A DNA stretch of 59,962 bases from a virus (IMGVR_UViG_3300045996_001403:1-59962), one strand, 5' to 3'. Counted from the first letter of the stretch, positions 28,415 to 40,459 are shown. Translations and numbers: made by a program. The notes: generated from the sequence alone by a model not told the origin.

Positions 28415-28876
28415 CTAACTGGCAACCCTCCCGTCATCCGTACGCAACCTAGGGTCCGGCTGCTGCTGCGCCGGTTGAGCGAACAGTCCGTCCATGTAGA
28501 CCCGTGCGACCTGGTCTCCGTGCCGGGCGCGCAGCCGTGCCACCGCGGCGGCGACTTCCGCGAACGGGTCACCCTCCTCCGCGTCTGCCCCCTCCTTGTC
28601 CTCGACGTCAGCCCCCTCGACAGGCTGCGGCTCGGGCATGTTGGCGGGACGCCCTCCGGCGCGGATGGAGTCGATGCTCCCCGGCATCCACCGGAGGGCT
28701 TCCTCTAGAGCTGACTTGGTGGCGCGGTTGGGGCGGCTCGTCGCGCCACTGCGGATGAGGCCTAGTCCTTGGCGCGTGATGCCACTGAAGTCTGCAACGT
28801 CTTGCCACTGCAAGCCGAGCTCTCGGACCCGGTCCTCCATCCAGGAGCCAAGATCTTTGCTGGAGTTTGCTGACAT
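28415..28876 (-). CDS. Immunity repressor (XRE HTH), probably leaderless
   Basis: 'RVRELGLQWQDVADFSGITRQGLGLIRSG...LEEALRWMPGS'; divergent from the Cro-like gene; -10-like CAAAAT 7 nt upstream. Confidence 0.75.
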   Translation of the reverse strand: MSANSSKDLGSWMEDRVRELGLQWQDVADFSGITRQGLGLIRSGATSRPNRATKSALEEALRWMPGSIDSIRAGGRPANMPEPQPVEGADVEDKEGADAEEGDPFAEVAAAVARLRARHGDQVARVYMDGLFAQPAQQQPDPRLRTDDGRVAS

Positions 28877-28949
28877 GGAGCAAATTTTGGCACACGTTCG
28901 GTCACAGCACAGTGTCGGGGACCACAGTTTCCGCAGGTTACGACAATCG

Positions 28950-29053
28950 GTGTACACGACCGGTTACTACTTGTCACCAACACGACCACTAGTTGACAGC
29001 AAACTTGCTGTTCGAGGGTTGTTCGAGGAAAGAACTTTGCGTACGGTTGCAAC
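28950..29053. promoter_or_regulatory. Lysis/lysogeny switch region
   Basis: AT-rich; palindrome ACAGCAA-AC-TTGCTGT 28996-29011; TGTTCGAGG twice at 11-bp period; TTGTTC-17-TACGGT ahead of the ATG at 29054. Confidence 0.7.
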
Positions 29054-29305
29054 ATGCCAGCCGCCAAGAAGACCAACGGGAAAGCCCTCCGGGCGATCCG
29101 CACGGCCCGCGGCCTGAAGCTCAACCAGCTCGCCGCACGGCTCGACAAGCTCGGCGCCGCAACCGCCAAGCCGTCGCACCTCTGCAACATCGAGACCGGT
29201 CGCAGAGATGCCAGCGATGCCCTCCGCAATGCCATCGCCCTGGTCTTGGGCATCGACGTCGCCGCCATTGAGACCCGGCCGGTGCCCCATGACGCCGCAG
29301 CCTGA
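29054..29305 (+). CDS. Cro-like XRE HTH protein
   Basis: 'LRAIRTARGLKLNQLA...SHLCNIETGRR'. Confidence 0.8.
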   Translation: MPAAKKTNGKALRAIRTARGLKLNQLAARLDKLGAATAKPSHLCNIETGRRDASDALRNAIALVLGIDVAAIETRPVPHDAAA

Positions 29306-29600
29306 CCCCGCCGCCAACCTGCCCCGCCTCTACCTGCCGGCCGAACTCGCCACCGCCCTGGGCGTCAGCGAGTGGTGGGTGAAGAACGAGGCCCGCCACC
29401 GCCGCATCCCCTCCGTGAAGATCGCCGGTGCGTGGCGGTTCACCTCCGTCCACTTCGCCCAGATCGTCGCGAAGCACGAGCAGGCACCCGAGGTCGTTCG
29501 GGCCGAGACCACGACCCCCCGCCGCCGGACGGTTCTCGCGAACCCCGACGCCCCCCAGCTCCAGGCGCGCACGCCCCGCCGCCAGCGCCGCACCGCATGA
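29289..29600 (+). CDS. Excisionase-like HTH protein
   Basis: 'LYLPAELATALGVSEWWV...IPSVKIAGAWRF'. Confidence 0.78.
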   Translation: MTPQPDPAANLPRLYLPAELATALGVSEWWVKNEARHRRIPSVKIAGAWRFTSVHFAQIVAKHEQAPEVVRAETTTPRRRTVLANPDAPQLQARTPRRQRRTA

Positions 29601-29617
29601 ATAGGAGGTGACACCCC

Positions 29618-30424
29618 GTGACTGACGTGACCCTGTTCGGCCAGTCCCCGTTCGACGCGATCCGCCGGGTCGACGAGAACGGCGAGCACTGGACGGGCCG
29701 CGAGTTGATGCCGCTCCTCGGGTACGAGAAGTGGGAGCGGTTCGTGGATGCGATCCACCGCGCCCAAGCTGTAGCCGCCAACGCGGGCGACACCCAGGCT
29801 TTTTCCCGGCTCCGGGAAGAAGACACCGGTGGTCGCCCCCGCCAGAACTGCCGCATGACGCGCTACGGCTGCTACCTGGTCGCCATGAACGGCGACCCCC
29901 GCAAGCCGGAGATCGCCGCCGCCCAGACCTACTTCGCCGTGAAGACCCGTGAGGCGGAGGTCCGGACGTCCCTCCCGGACATCTCCACCCCGACCGGTGT
30001 TCTCGCGATGGCGGAGCAGTTCGCCGCGACCGCCCGGCAGCTCGTCGCCGCCGAGAAGCGCGTGGCGGAGTTGGAGCCCAAGGCCGCCGCAGTGGACCTC
30101 TACATGGACGCCTCCGAGGTGTTCCTCATCCGCGAGGTCGCCAAGACCCTCGGGGTGAAGGAGTCGGTACTCCGTCAGCACTGCTACGACCGCAAGATCC
30201 TGATGTCTCACCCGGCCCGCCGCAACGAGCCGTACGCGGAGCACGTGACCGCCGGCTACTTCGAGGTGAAGGCTCGCCCGGTTGAGGTGCGCGGCGAGCC
30301 CCGCGCCTTCAACACCACGTACGTCACGACCATCGGGGTGGAGTTCCTGCGCCGCTCGCTCACGCGGGCCGGGCTGCTGGGTGACGGTCCTCGTCTGGTC
30401 GCCATCCCCGGAGGTGTCGCGTGA
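29618..30424 (+). CDS. Antirepressor (BRO/DinD-like N-terminus, ANT/KilAC C-terminus)
   Basis: '[17 protein letters not shown]', '[19 protein letters not shown]', 'LEPKA..IREVAK', '[11 protein letters not shown]'. Confidence 0.85.
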   Translation: MTDVTLFGQSPFDAIRRVDENGEHWTGRELMPLLGYEKWERFVDAIHRAQAVAANAGDTQAFSRLREEDTGGRPRQNCRMTRYGCYLVAMNGDPRKPEIAAAQTYFAVKTREAEVRTSLPDISTPTGVLAMAEQFAATARQLVAAEKRVAELEPKAAAVDLYMDASEVFLIREVAKTLGVKESVLRQHCYDRKILMSHPARRNEPYAEHVTAGYFEVKARPVEVRGEPRAFNTTYVTTIGVEFLRRSLTRAGLLGDGPRLVAIPGGVA

Positions 30425-32091
30425 ACCCCATCCGCCGCGTCCTCTCGTACCTCCGTCCTTCGCCGGTGGAGGTCAGCCAGGAAGACGCGTTCATCGACGA
30501 GCTGTCCACCACGGACACCGACCCCTCGGAGCGGCTGGCGTTCCTGCTGGCGGTGGCCTCCGAGAACCTGAAGTGGGTGTCGTGATGGGCCTCATCAAGC
30601 GCCTGTTCGGCTCCAAGCGGGTGTCCGGCAAGGACATGCAGCGCCTGGAGCGGGAGATCGCGGAGGTGCTCCGCGAGGAAGCCCGCAAGCGCGGGGGTGG
30701 CAAGTGAGCCCCGACGAACTGGCTGCCGCCTACGCCGAAGCCGTCGCCCCGGACGAGCTGGCAGACGAGCAGTGGGACCGCGAGCAGTCCCTCGCCAACG
30801 ACTGACTTTCCCCGAGCGCCGTGTTTCCCGGGCGGGGAAACCGGCCCGACGAAGACAACTTTCGCGGTCTCCCGCGCCCGGACAGACGCGAGAGACCACT
30901 GACCTCAAGGAGATGTGACCTCCTCATGGCTGATACGAAGCGTACCCAACTCACCCGGGACGACGTCATTGTCCACTCGTACGACCTGCCTGGTACATGG
31001 CATGGCGTCGTGTGGCACGTCGAGATCAATGCGAAGCACTACGTGGTGAGCGCCGTGGACCTGCCATCGGTCGCGGCCGGCTACAAGACCTGCGAGACCG
31101 CCGTGTTCCCGGCCAACTCCGACGGCACAGTGGACAACTACCACGACCTCGTGATGTTGGGCGACATCAAGGACCACGAGGCTGCCATCGCGGCTTTGCT
31201 GGAAGACCTCAGCGGCGCTCCGGAACCCAAGCCGACGACGGAGGACTTCCTCCGCTGGCTGGTTCGCATGGACGACCCGACCGACGAGCAGGGCGTCCGG
31301 GACCGCCAGGTCGTGCGGCTCTCCGCGATCATCGACCGCGCCCGCGCGCTGCTCGGGGAGGCGTGATGTCCGAGTCGGTCCGCATCACCGCCAGGCACCG
31401 GGCCCCCGAGCACCGCGCCGAGGACCACGCCCCGCTCGACTACGTGATGACCATGGTCTACCGCATCACCGGGCGCATCCCGGACCGGGATACCGCGCCG
31501 CGGCACTACGCCGACACCTTCACCGGCGACTTGGCGGGGGTGGCGTGATGTCGCACTGGGACTACACGCTGCGCCTGGATGACGTGTTCCACAACGAGAA
31601 CATGTCGTTCGACGCCCGCCGCGACGAGATCGTGAAGCGCATCCGCACCTCCCCGTTCTACGACAAGACCGACGGTTGGCTCGTGGACTTCGTGGGGGAG
31701 ATGGCGAACTCCGACCACGTGGACGAGTTCGACGAGTGGCGGGACCAGTTCTACGACTGGTGCAACCTCAATCGCGTGTGGGTCCAGACGCGAAAGGCCG
31801 CCTGATGCTGCACCTCCGCACCCCCGAGCTGCACAACCTGCTCGACGCCGTGGCCAACGGCAGGGTCGTCCACCACTCCGGTGACTGCGGGGCCTGGCCT
31901 ACCGGATGGTCCTGGACCGAGGGCGGGCACATGACCTTCCAGGCCCAGTGCGACCTGGACTACCTGCACCGCCACTGCCTCGTGAGCTGGGAGTGCACCC
32001 GCAACTCGTGCGGCGACTCCGCCTACACCACCACCTCCGGCGAGGAGCTGCTGGAGCAGTGGGACACCGACTACCCGAAGGGGAGTGCCGC

Positions 32092-32703
32092 GTGAGCGAC
32101 TATCCCGAGATGGCGGAGCGCTTCAAGCGCGACACCGCCGACCACGTGATGACCGTCGCCCACGACGACGGCCTGTACCGGCACCTGAAGTTCCGCAACC
32201 CCAAGCACTCGTGGAACTACTGGTTCGACCTGATCACCGTGCCCGGCGCGCTGATCTTCCAGGGCGCCGGGCAGTCCTTCGTGTTCCGCCGCACCGAGGA
32301 CATGTTCGCGTTCTTTCGTGGGTCGGCGTGGAAGGGTGCGCCGAACTACAGCTACTGGGCGGAGGAGCTCACCGACGGCGGGCGTGACTCGGTCATGCGG
32401 TACAGCGAGGACCTGTTCGTGCGGGAGGTCAAGGAGCGCTTCGTCGAGGACATCCGGGACGGCTCGGTGCCGCCGGGTACCAGCAAGGCCCTGCTGGAGC
32501 ACTTCGAGTGGGTGGACCACTCGTTCGAACAGAACGCCCGCGACGCGCTCGATTCGTTCGAGCACAAAGGCTTCTGCTTCCGCGACACGTGGGAGTGGGA
32601 CTTCCGGGACTACCACTGGTGGTACCTGTGGGCCTGTCAGGCGATCGTGTGGGGCATCAACCGGTACGACGCCGCTCGGCAGCCCGAGGCGGTGGCGTCA
32701 TGA
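32092..32703 (+). CDS. Conserved phage hypothetical protein
   Basis: 'H.MTV.HDDGLYRHLKF...YWFDLIT.PG.L' motif recognised from diverse phages. Confidence 0.7.
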   Translation: MSDYPEMAERFKRDTADHVMTVAHDDGLYRHLKFRNPKHSWNYWFDLITVPGALIFQGAGQSFVFRRTEDMFAFFRGSAWKGAPNYSYWAEELTDGGRDSVMRYSEDLFVREVKERFVEDIRDGSVPPGTSKALLEHFEWVDHSFEQNARDALDSFEHKGFCFRDTWEWDFRDYHWWYLWACQAIVWGINRYDAARQPEAVAS

Positions 32704-33811
32704 GCGCCTTCGTCACCATCGTCTGCGACTGCACCCCGGCGTGTGGTGAGACCACGATCGTGGACGGGGTCGAGACCCGCTCCCAGGCCCGTGCGATCGC
32801 GGAGGACCGGGGCTGGTACCGGGACACCCTGCCCGGCGGGAACACCTACATCGTGGCCCCGGGTCACAGGTTGGGGCGTGCGTCGTGACCGAGACGTGGG
32901 CCGTGGGCGACCGGTGCTACTGCCGACGCGCCGACGGGGAGGCCTGCCCGGCGATCGTGGACGAGGTGCACGACACCGTGCTGGTGGTCGGCACCGCGAC
33001 CCGCATCCCCGAGACCTACATCGTCACCCCCGACGAGATTTCCCGGAGGATCCGATGACCGCCGTGATCCAGCCGCACGTCCGCGAGTCCGCGACACCGA
33101 CTGACCTGCTGGGCGAGCCGTACCCGTCCGGGCTGCTGCTGGCCGACTGCTCCTGCGGCGGCGTCTACATCGCGCCCGCCGGTGGCGAGGAGTTTGCCGC
33201 GCTGGAGAAAGCCCACGCCCGCCACATTGCCGACACCGCCGAGGAGCAGTGACCGTGGACCCCATCATCGACACCGCCGGACTGGCCCGGGAGATTTGCG
33301 ACTACCTGGCCGAGGGCTGGGAGATGCCGTACGACGCCCGCCGCCTCCTGGCCGCCGCTGTCCCGCTGCTCGCCTCTCGGACAGCCACGAACGGCGACGC
33401 GCGCAGCACCGCGATCACGTTTGCGCTGGAGACCGTCAAGACCGGCCCCGCGTCTCGCCTCGGACGGGAACTGGTGCGCGTGGTCAACGCCATGCACGAC
33501 GCCGGCCTGCTCCACGCCGCCCCCCCGGACACCGACACCGCCGCACTGCGCGCCGAGGTGGAGGCCGAGCGGCTGCGCGCGGACCAGCTGGGCGAGACCG
33601 CGAACCGGCTCCGCCAGGAACGCAGCGACGCCCGCGCCGAACGGGACAGCATGGTCCGCGACCTGCTGGCCGCGGTCTACCCCGGCGACCCCATGCCCGA
33701 CCGGCCCCTCGACACCGTGTGGGAGCACCTGCTGGAGCAGGTCCGGAAGACGCGCGTGAGGTTGGACCAGGTCAACGAGGCGATCGCCACGGGTGCCCTG
33801 CGAGGTGGGCG

Positions 33812-34018
33812 GTGAGCGACCGCACCGGCTTCGAAAACTTCACGGGCGAGCACCAGCGCGTCACGTACGACCCCGACCGCGCCGCCCAGGGCCTGCCCCC
33901 GTGGGTCAACGAGGACGGCGGCCAGTACTTCCTCGACTCCGAGGTCACCGAGCACACCGAGCAGGAGAAGGCCCGTCTCTCGCTGCTCGACTACATCGCG
34001 GACGGGGGCACGGTGTGA
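33812..34018 (+). CDS. Small protein, paralog of 46265-46420
   Basis: Shares 'VTYD..RA..GLPPW..EDGGQYFLDSEV'. Confidence 0.65.
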   Translation: MSDRTGFENFTGEHQRVTYDPDRAAQGLPPWVNEDGGQYFLDSEVTEHTEQEKARLSLLDYIADGGTV

Positions 34019-36948
34019 GCGACCTCGACCGCGCCATCCGCGACGCCGCTGGCAACGCCAACTGGTTCGGGCTCCACGCCGCCCTGATCGCCGTGTTCGA
34101 CCGGCACAAGCCCCATCCGATCGACGGGGACAAGCCGAACGGCCCGCAGTACTGCGATGCCTGCCTCGGCTCGGACGAGGACTACCTCGGCTACCCGTGC
34201 CCGACCGTGCGGGACATCGCGGACAGGCTGGGCGTGTCGGCCGTGTCCTCCCAGGACACGCCAGCGCCCCGACAGGCACGGTGCGACCGCCGGGCAGGTC
34301 ACCTCGAATCCGGCTCGGGTCTGTGCCTGGTCCGGTGCACCAAGACGCTGGGCTGCACGGACCAGGCCGGACACAGGGGACGGTGCACCACCGGCCTGTG
34401 GGGTCCTCTCGCCCAGGGCTGGGCCGAGAGCGAGTCCACACGGTGTCAGGGGCCCGAGGTGCTGTCCGGGGACGCCACGGGAGACCAGCGATGAGAAACG
34501 TACCGATGTTCGAGAAGCCCGCCGAGCAGAAGGTGGAGCTGAGCCGGGCACTGTCCGTGGCGGCGAACCGCCTGGCCGTCGAAGAGGCGGCGAAGTGGAC
34601 GGCCATCAAGGTCAAGGGCGTCCGCCCGTGCCAGGAGTGCGCCTACATGCAGCACGAGACCGGCGGCGCCTTCGGGCCGCGGCGGCAGGCGAAGCACCGG
34701 CGCACCCACCCGCGAGGCGGGGCGATCGAGCTGTGCACCGCGCACGCCGACCTGTGGAAGACCCGCGACGAGAAGGACTCGCACATCAGGAGGTCCGCGT
34801 GACCCCGCGCGTCGCACCCCCGGGAGACGGCACCCTGCTCGCCCACCTGTCCACCGCCGCGGCGTGAGGAGACCCCCGATGACCGACCAGACCACACCGG
34901 CACCGATTCCCACGACCGACGCCCTTGTGCTGGGCACGCTGCGTGGTGCGGTGACCGCGCTGTTGGACGAGTGCACCGAGACTCAGCGCAACCTGGCCGC
35001 CCGGATCTTCCCGCAGCCCGTCGAACGGCTGGGCGAGACGCAACTGCGGAAGCTCCATGACCTGTGCCGCCGCGCCGTCGAGAAGAACCGCGCTGGCCGG
35101 CTGACGGGGATGGCCCGGTGACCGCCTCTTCCCCGTCGCCGTCCGGGCCGGTGGACACGACCGCCCTCCGTGACCAGATCGCCCGCGCACTGACCACCAG
35201 CCGCGACCCCAACGACGACGCGGCCGTGGACGAGTCGCACCTGCACGCCAACCACGACTACTCGTACGCCTGCCACCTGTGCACGAACAACGTGGACGGC
35301 CTGACGGACGCGCTGCTGTCGGTGGTCGCCCCGCTGCTGGCTACTGCCGCCGAGCGTGAGGAGCGGCTTCGCGCCGACCTGGAGGAGTCCGAGCGGCGAC
35401 ACGCCGACCGCGACGAGATCAACGCCACGTGGGTGGCCTACAAGAACCGCGTCGTCGCCCGGGAGAACGCCTACCGGGACCAGCTCGCCACCGCGCTGGA
35501 CGCGTGGGACGAGCGCGGCACCCGGCCGTGGCTGGAGGCGCTGGTACCGCAGGCGTGCGAGGAGATCACCCGTCTGCGTGCCGGGGTGTCCCGCACCGCA
35601 CCAGCCACACCCGACGACGCCTCGTACCAGATCACGAGCGCGATCGTCCGGCGTCTCCAGCAGGCCGGGTGGCCGCTGACCTCGGAGCAGCAGCAGGCCG
35701 TGGTCCAGATCGTCATGGACAGGGTCCGCTCGTGGCCGTCCGCTCCCGTCTCGGGCCCGGAACCCGCCACCGAGTTCGAGGGCCCCGAGCCCTACTTCGA
35801 GCGCGAGTGCGACGAGTACGTGGACGAGGAGGGGCACGACCGGCCCGAGGTCGAGCACTGCTCCCACATCCGCCAGGTGCCCGCCGAGCCGGCACCCGCC
35901 ACATCGGACGGGCACCGGGTCACGTCGTCGTCAGTCCTCAGTGGCGGTCTCGACAGGAGGAGGGGGGCCCAGCGGGTCGAAGTCGAACCCGAAGGTCACC
36001 CGAGCCCAGTTCTCGATGATCTCGAAGGGGATGCGGTCGGTGTCGTCGTGGATCACGAGACCAGTGTGGCGCGACCGCCAGGTTCGGACACCGGATGTCC
36101 CGAATCTGTCCCGAATCTGTCCACCTGACGGAAACGGGACACCGATCCCTGAAACCAAACGCTGCTGCCTCCCGCCGACGGCCCGTCTCTTGAGAGGAAC
36201 ACCAACCCATGAGCCCCCACAGGCCACAAGCCAAAATCGCGCCCAACGACCCGCTGGCGAACCGCCTCATCGAGGATCTGATCCGGACCTGGCTGAAAGT
36301 CAGCCTCGGCTATGCCGATGCCACATCCTCCACGGAGGAGGAACGCCAGGGTGTCCGCAACGCGAGTGCCCACCTGGAAGAGTTCTGGGTCGACCTGGTG
36401 CCGAGCATCGTGGACTCGCTCCAACGGGCCGCCCTGCTGAATCGGGGAGACTCCCGTGACCGCTGAGCCCTCCAACGGCTCCGTCCCTGCCCCTGCCGTG
36501 TCGCAGGCCCCGGCGGAGACACCCGCACCCCCGGCATGGACCGCGCACGAGGTGGACGTGACCGTGCACGACACGGACGACGCCCAGGCGTTCTGCCACA
36601 CCTGCGGCAGCCGGTGGGTTGGTCGGCCGAACGCGGTCAACGACTGGGCCGACGGGCATCGTGCCGACACCACCCGTCGCTCTGGGCCGCTGCGCGGCGA
36701 GGCCTCCGGCGCTCCGTCCAAGACCGCCAACGATCCCGAGAGGGGGGCGAACTGATGGCCCGCGCCAAGACCGCCAAGACCGACCCCAACTCCTTCGCGC
36801 TCCACGGGCTGCCCTGTCCCGTGTGCCAGCGTCCCGCCTCCCGTCACTACCCGCTGCTGGGGTTGACCGAGCACGAGTCGATGTGGATGGCGTGGCCGTG
36901 CCGCACCAAGCCCGCGCAGCGTCCCGTCGAGCAGGAGCGGAGGGCGGC

Positions 36949-37461
36949 GTGACCCCCAAGTTTCGGCAGGTGACGCTGACCCTGCACGACCCGAATCCGC
37001 GCTGGATGCGGCGGGCGCTCTGCGCCGGCGACGATCCGGAGTTGTGGTTCGACGGCGACACCGAGGAGGGCCGCCGGGTGTGCGCGATCTGCCCTGTGCG
37101 CCGCGACTGCGACTCGTGGGCGCGTGAGAACGGGATGATCGGCGTGTGGGCCGGGCTGTCCGAGCGTGAGCGTGACGGTCGAGACATCCGCCCTCACCGC
37201 GAAGGGGACTGCCGGGATGGTCACCCGCTGGTTCCGTCCAATGTGGCCAGCGACGGTACGTGTCGAACCTGCAACGACTACACCCACGAGATGCGCCAGC
37301 TCGCCAGGGGCGCCACGTTGGCACCGTGCCGGTGTGGCCGGCGGATCGGCCTGCACTCCGGCTACATCACCACCCACAAGGACCGGCAGACCGGGGAGGT
37401 TTGCAGCGGTAGTCGTTTGCTCCCGGGGGATGCGATCAAGAACAAGGAGGTGTCGGTGTGA
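36949..37461 (+). CDS. WhiB-family regulator with Cys-rich C-terminal extension
   Basis: 'WMRRALC..DPELWF..VCAICPVRRDC..GVWAGLSERER'. Confidence 0.85.
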   Translation: MTPKFRQVTLTLHDPNPRWMRRALCAGDDPELWFDGDTEEGRRVCAICPVRRDCDSWARENGMIGVWAGLSERERDGRDIRPHREGDCRDGHPLVPSNVASDGTCRTCNDYTHEMRQLARGATLAPCRCGRRIGLHSGYITTHKDRQTGEVCSGSRLLPGDAIKNKEVSV

Positions 37462-38033
37462 GCACTGAAGACCTGGCCCTCAAGGTGGGCGCGCTCAAGG
37501 CCATCAAGGACTACGCCACCGCGGCCTACGACCAGGCCCGCGAGGAGATCGCGGAGGCGATGCGCCGCGGTGACCGACTGACCGCCCGCTCCCCGCTGGA
37601 CGACTCGAAGATCGGCTCGGTGTCCATGACGGACCCCAAGCCCGTCGCCCGGGTCAGCGACATGACCGCGCTCACCGCATGGCTGAGCGAGAACTACCCC
37701 GACCTCGTCACCGACTCGTACGAGGTCAACGCCACCACCGACCAGATCACAGCCCTGGTGTTCGAGCACCGACCCGAGTGGCTGCACCGCAAGCAGCGCG
37801 TGGATCCCCGCATCGTCCAGCAGATCCGCGAACGGTCCGCCGCGGTCGGCGCACCCGTGGGTCCGATGGGCGAAGCCGACGTACCCGGCATCGCGGTGGA
37901 GACCTCGGACCCGGTGGTGTCGTGCAAGTCCGCCCCCGGCGCCCTCGACGCGGTGGCGGCCCTGATCCGAGCGGACCGCATCGGCCTCGACGGCGTGGCG
38001 CGTGCCCTCCCGAACGTGAAGGACGAAGCGTGA
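37458..38033 (+). CDS. Hypothetical recombination-module protein
   Basis: Coupled between the WhiB and SSAP genes. Confidence 0.6.
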   Translation: MSTEDLALKVGALKAIKDYATAAYDQAREEIAEAMRRGDRLTARSPLDDSKIGSVSMTDPKPVARVSDMTALTAWLSENYPDLVTDSYEVNATTDQITALVFEHRPEWLHRKQRVDPRIVQQIRERSAAVGAPVGPMGEADVPGIAVETSDPVVSCKSAPGALDAVAALIRADRIGLDGVARALPNVKDEA

Positions 38034-38719
38034 ACGAGAACGTGCAAGCGGCGCTGCGGAAGCCGTTCCCCAAGTCGAAGATCGGCAAGCTGCCCAAGGT
38101 CTGGTGCAACCCGTGTGGCGACCGGAACAAGCAATGTTCCGATCACCAGCGCGAAAAGTGCCGGATCTGCAAGGCGGTCATCACGACCGCACACCTCCAC
38201 GTGAACTTCGTTGGCCACGCCGACGTCACTGATCGCCTGCTAGACGTGGACCCGGAATGGAATTGGGAGCCGATGGCCTTCGATTCCTTCGGCCTGCCCG
38301 CACTCGATGAGCACGGCGGCCTCTGGATCCGCCTCACCATCGCCGGCATCACCCGCCCCGGCTACGGCCACGCCGACGGCAAGCGGGGCGGCAACGCCAT
38401 CAAGGAGTCCATCGGTGACGCCATCCGCAACGCTGCGATGCGGTTCGGCGTGGCGCTGGACCTGTGGCGCAAGGAGACGCCCGAGGCGGACGACGACGTG
38501 CCGGTCCGCGAGGTGGAGCGTCCCGCGCAGACGGTGGAGGAGCGCCGGACGGAACTGCGCGGCCAGATCAACCTGATCGGCACGGCCAAGGGCATGAAGG
38601 TGGACCAGATCGCCGCCGAGTTCACCCAGTGGTCCGGCGAGCAGAAGCTCGACATCCGCGCCGCGGGCCCGGCGACGCTGGCGGAGTACCTGAACTACCT
38701 CCAGCGGGGTACTGCGTGA
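38030..38719 (+). CDS. Rad52/Sak-like ssDNA annealing protein
   Basis: 'LRKPFP', 'FVGHADVTDRLLDVDPEWNWE', 'KESIGDAIRNAAMRFGVALDLW'. Confidence 0.78.
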   Translation: MNENVQAALRKPFPKSKIGKLPKVWCNPCGDRNKQCSDHQREKCRICKAVITTAHLHVNFVGHADVTDRLLDVDPEWNWEPMAFDSFGLPALDEHGGLWIRLTIAGITRPGYGHADGKRGGNAIKESIGDAIRNAAMRFGVALDLWRKETPEADDDVPVREVERPAQTVEERRTELRGQINLIGTAKGMKVDQIAAEFTQWSGEQKLDIRAAGPATLAEYLNYLQRGTA

Positions 38720-39639
38720 GCGGCGACGTCCTCAACCCGGTGCAGGTGGAGCAGGCCATCCGCACCTTGGCGAACAGCATCTCCCGTGGCGTGACGGTGG
38801 TGTCCAACGCCGAAGCCTCCGCGCGCAAGGCCCGGCACGCCTACGACCTCGCGTTCGCCCGCGCCTACATGGCGCACCCGGGCCCGGCGCACGAGAAGAA
38901 GTACGCCGCGGAGATCGTCACCGAGCAGGAGCGTGCGGACGTGGACGTGCAGGAAGTGGCGTTCCGACACGCGGAGCGTACCGCTCGCGCCCTGTCGGAG
39001 GAGCTGCGGGCGTGGCAGTCGGTGGGCGCCTCGGTGCGGGCCATGTACTCCACGCCCGGGGGGTCGGTGTGAGCCTGGCGCCCGAGCAGGTGGCCGCGCT
39101 GCGCCACTACTACGACACCACCGACACGAGCGACACGATGGGCGAAGGACAGTGGGAGGGCCCGCGTCCCGCCGGCACGGCCGATCTCGCAGAGGGCACC
39201 GGTATCCCGACCGTCCGGTACGAGGACAACGACAGCACCGAGGAGACCTCGTGAGCACCAAGACCTTCCACATCGGAGACCTGCTCAGCATCTCGTCGGG
39301 ATACCTCGTGTCCCGCGACCACATCGGCGGCGTCTACAACATCCTCAACCACATGACCGGCGACGAGCTGATGACCCACCAGCTCCCGCTCGCCTGCGAC
39401 GCGGTGACGCCGGACCTGCTGGAGCAGCACCCGTGGCTGCGCGAGGTTGCCGACCCGGTCAGGTTGAACGGTGAAGCGGAGTGCATCACGTGGGTGGCGT
39501 CGGTCGCGGACCAGTACGGCGAGTACCACGAGATCCGGTCCTGCCCGCTGTCGTGGGGCAGGCACAACCCGATGGACGACCTCGCCAACCAGTACCCCCA
39601 CATGAAGGTCATCGGGGTCGTGATGCCCGAGGAAACGCC

Positions 39640-40155
39640 GTGAAGTCCGGCGATCCCCTCAAGCGCAAGACCCCGCTCAACCCCGGCAAAGGCTTGGCTC
39701 GCACCTCCCCTCTCCGCTCCGCAGGGAACGGACGAGAGGGGAAGGCGAAGGCGGCGCCCAAGAAGTCCGCGCGCGACACAGGGCCGACCAAGGCCATGCG
39801 GGACGCCGTCCTCAGGCGCGACGACTTCACGTGCCAGATGTGCGGCAGGGACATCACCGGCCCCCACTCGCTCCAGCACCGACTGCCCCGCGGCCGGGGC
39901 GGCACGAACACCATGTGCAACCTCGTGACCGTGTGCGGCTCCGCCACGACGCCGGACATGTGCCACGACGACATCGAGAACCAGGCTCGCAAGCGCGCCA
40001 CCCGAGAGGGCTTCCTGGTGCCGTCGAGCCCGCTCATCACCCCCGAGAACTGGCCGGTTCTGCGGTTCCGGGACCACTGGTCCATGCCGGGGGAAACCGG
40101 CTGGACGGAGTGCGAGCCCCATCCGGACCAGCTGACCTGGGGACTCGCGGCGTGA
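39640..40155 (+). CDS. HNH endonuclease
   Basis: 'VLRRDDFTCQMCG..QHRLPRGRGG..NLVTVCG..CH'. Confidence 0.8.
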   Translation: MKSGDPLKRKTPLNPGKGLARTSPLRSAGNGREGKAKAAPKKSARDTGPTKAMRDAVLRRDDFTCQMCGRDITGPHSLQHRLPRGRGGTNTMCNLVTVCGSATTPDMCHDDIENQARKRATREGFLVPSSPLITPENWPVLRFRDHWSMPGETGWTECEPHPDQLTWGLAA

Positions 40156-40459
40156 CCCTGCCCCACCCATCACCACCAAGCAAGGAGGCGAGCATGGACA
40201 CCGTGCACAGGGCGGCGCCGTCGTCGCTGCCGCCCGTGCCGCGGTCACGCCGCTGGCTGTGGCTCGCCTGCTGGGACGGCCGGCTCCCGGCCGAGATGCT
40301 CCACTCCCGCGACCGCGAGGACCTCGTCTGGCATCTCGTGGCCGCGGGCTGGTCGGACCGTCAGATCGCAGAGCACACCCGCATGACCGACTACACCACC
40401 GCCCGCATCCGGTCCCGACTGGAGCTGCCGGCGAACGACTACTACGAGGAGGCTGCCTG

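Larger units (their letters stand above)
30421..36952 (+). other. Run of about 20 small, translationally coupled hypothetical early genes (e.g. 30926-31366, 31545-31805, 31805-32095, 33249-33815, 34491-34802, 36209-36466)
   Basis: Chains of GTGA/TGATG overlaps with RBSs; several Cys/His clusters. Confidence 0.6.

Noticed and set aside
30806-30925. Second ribozyme in the early operon
   Set aside because: Two hairpins but no CUGANGA/GAAA core in the correct arrangement.
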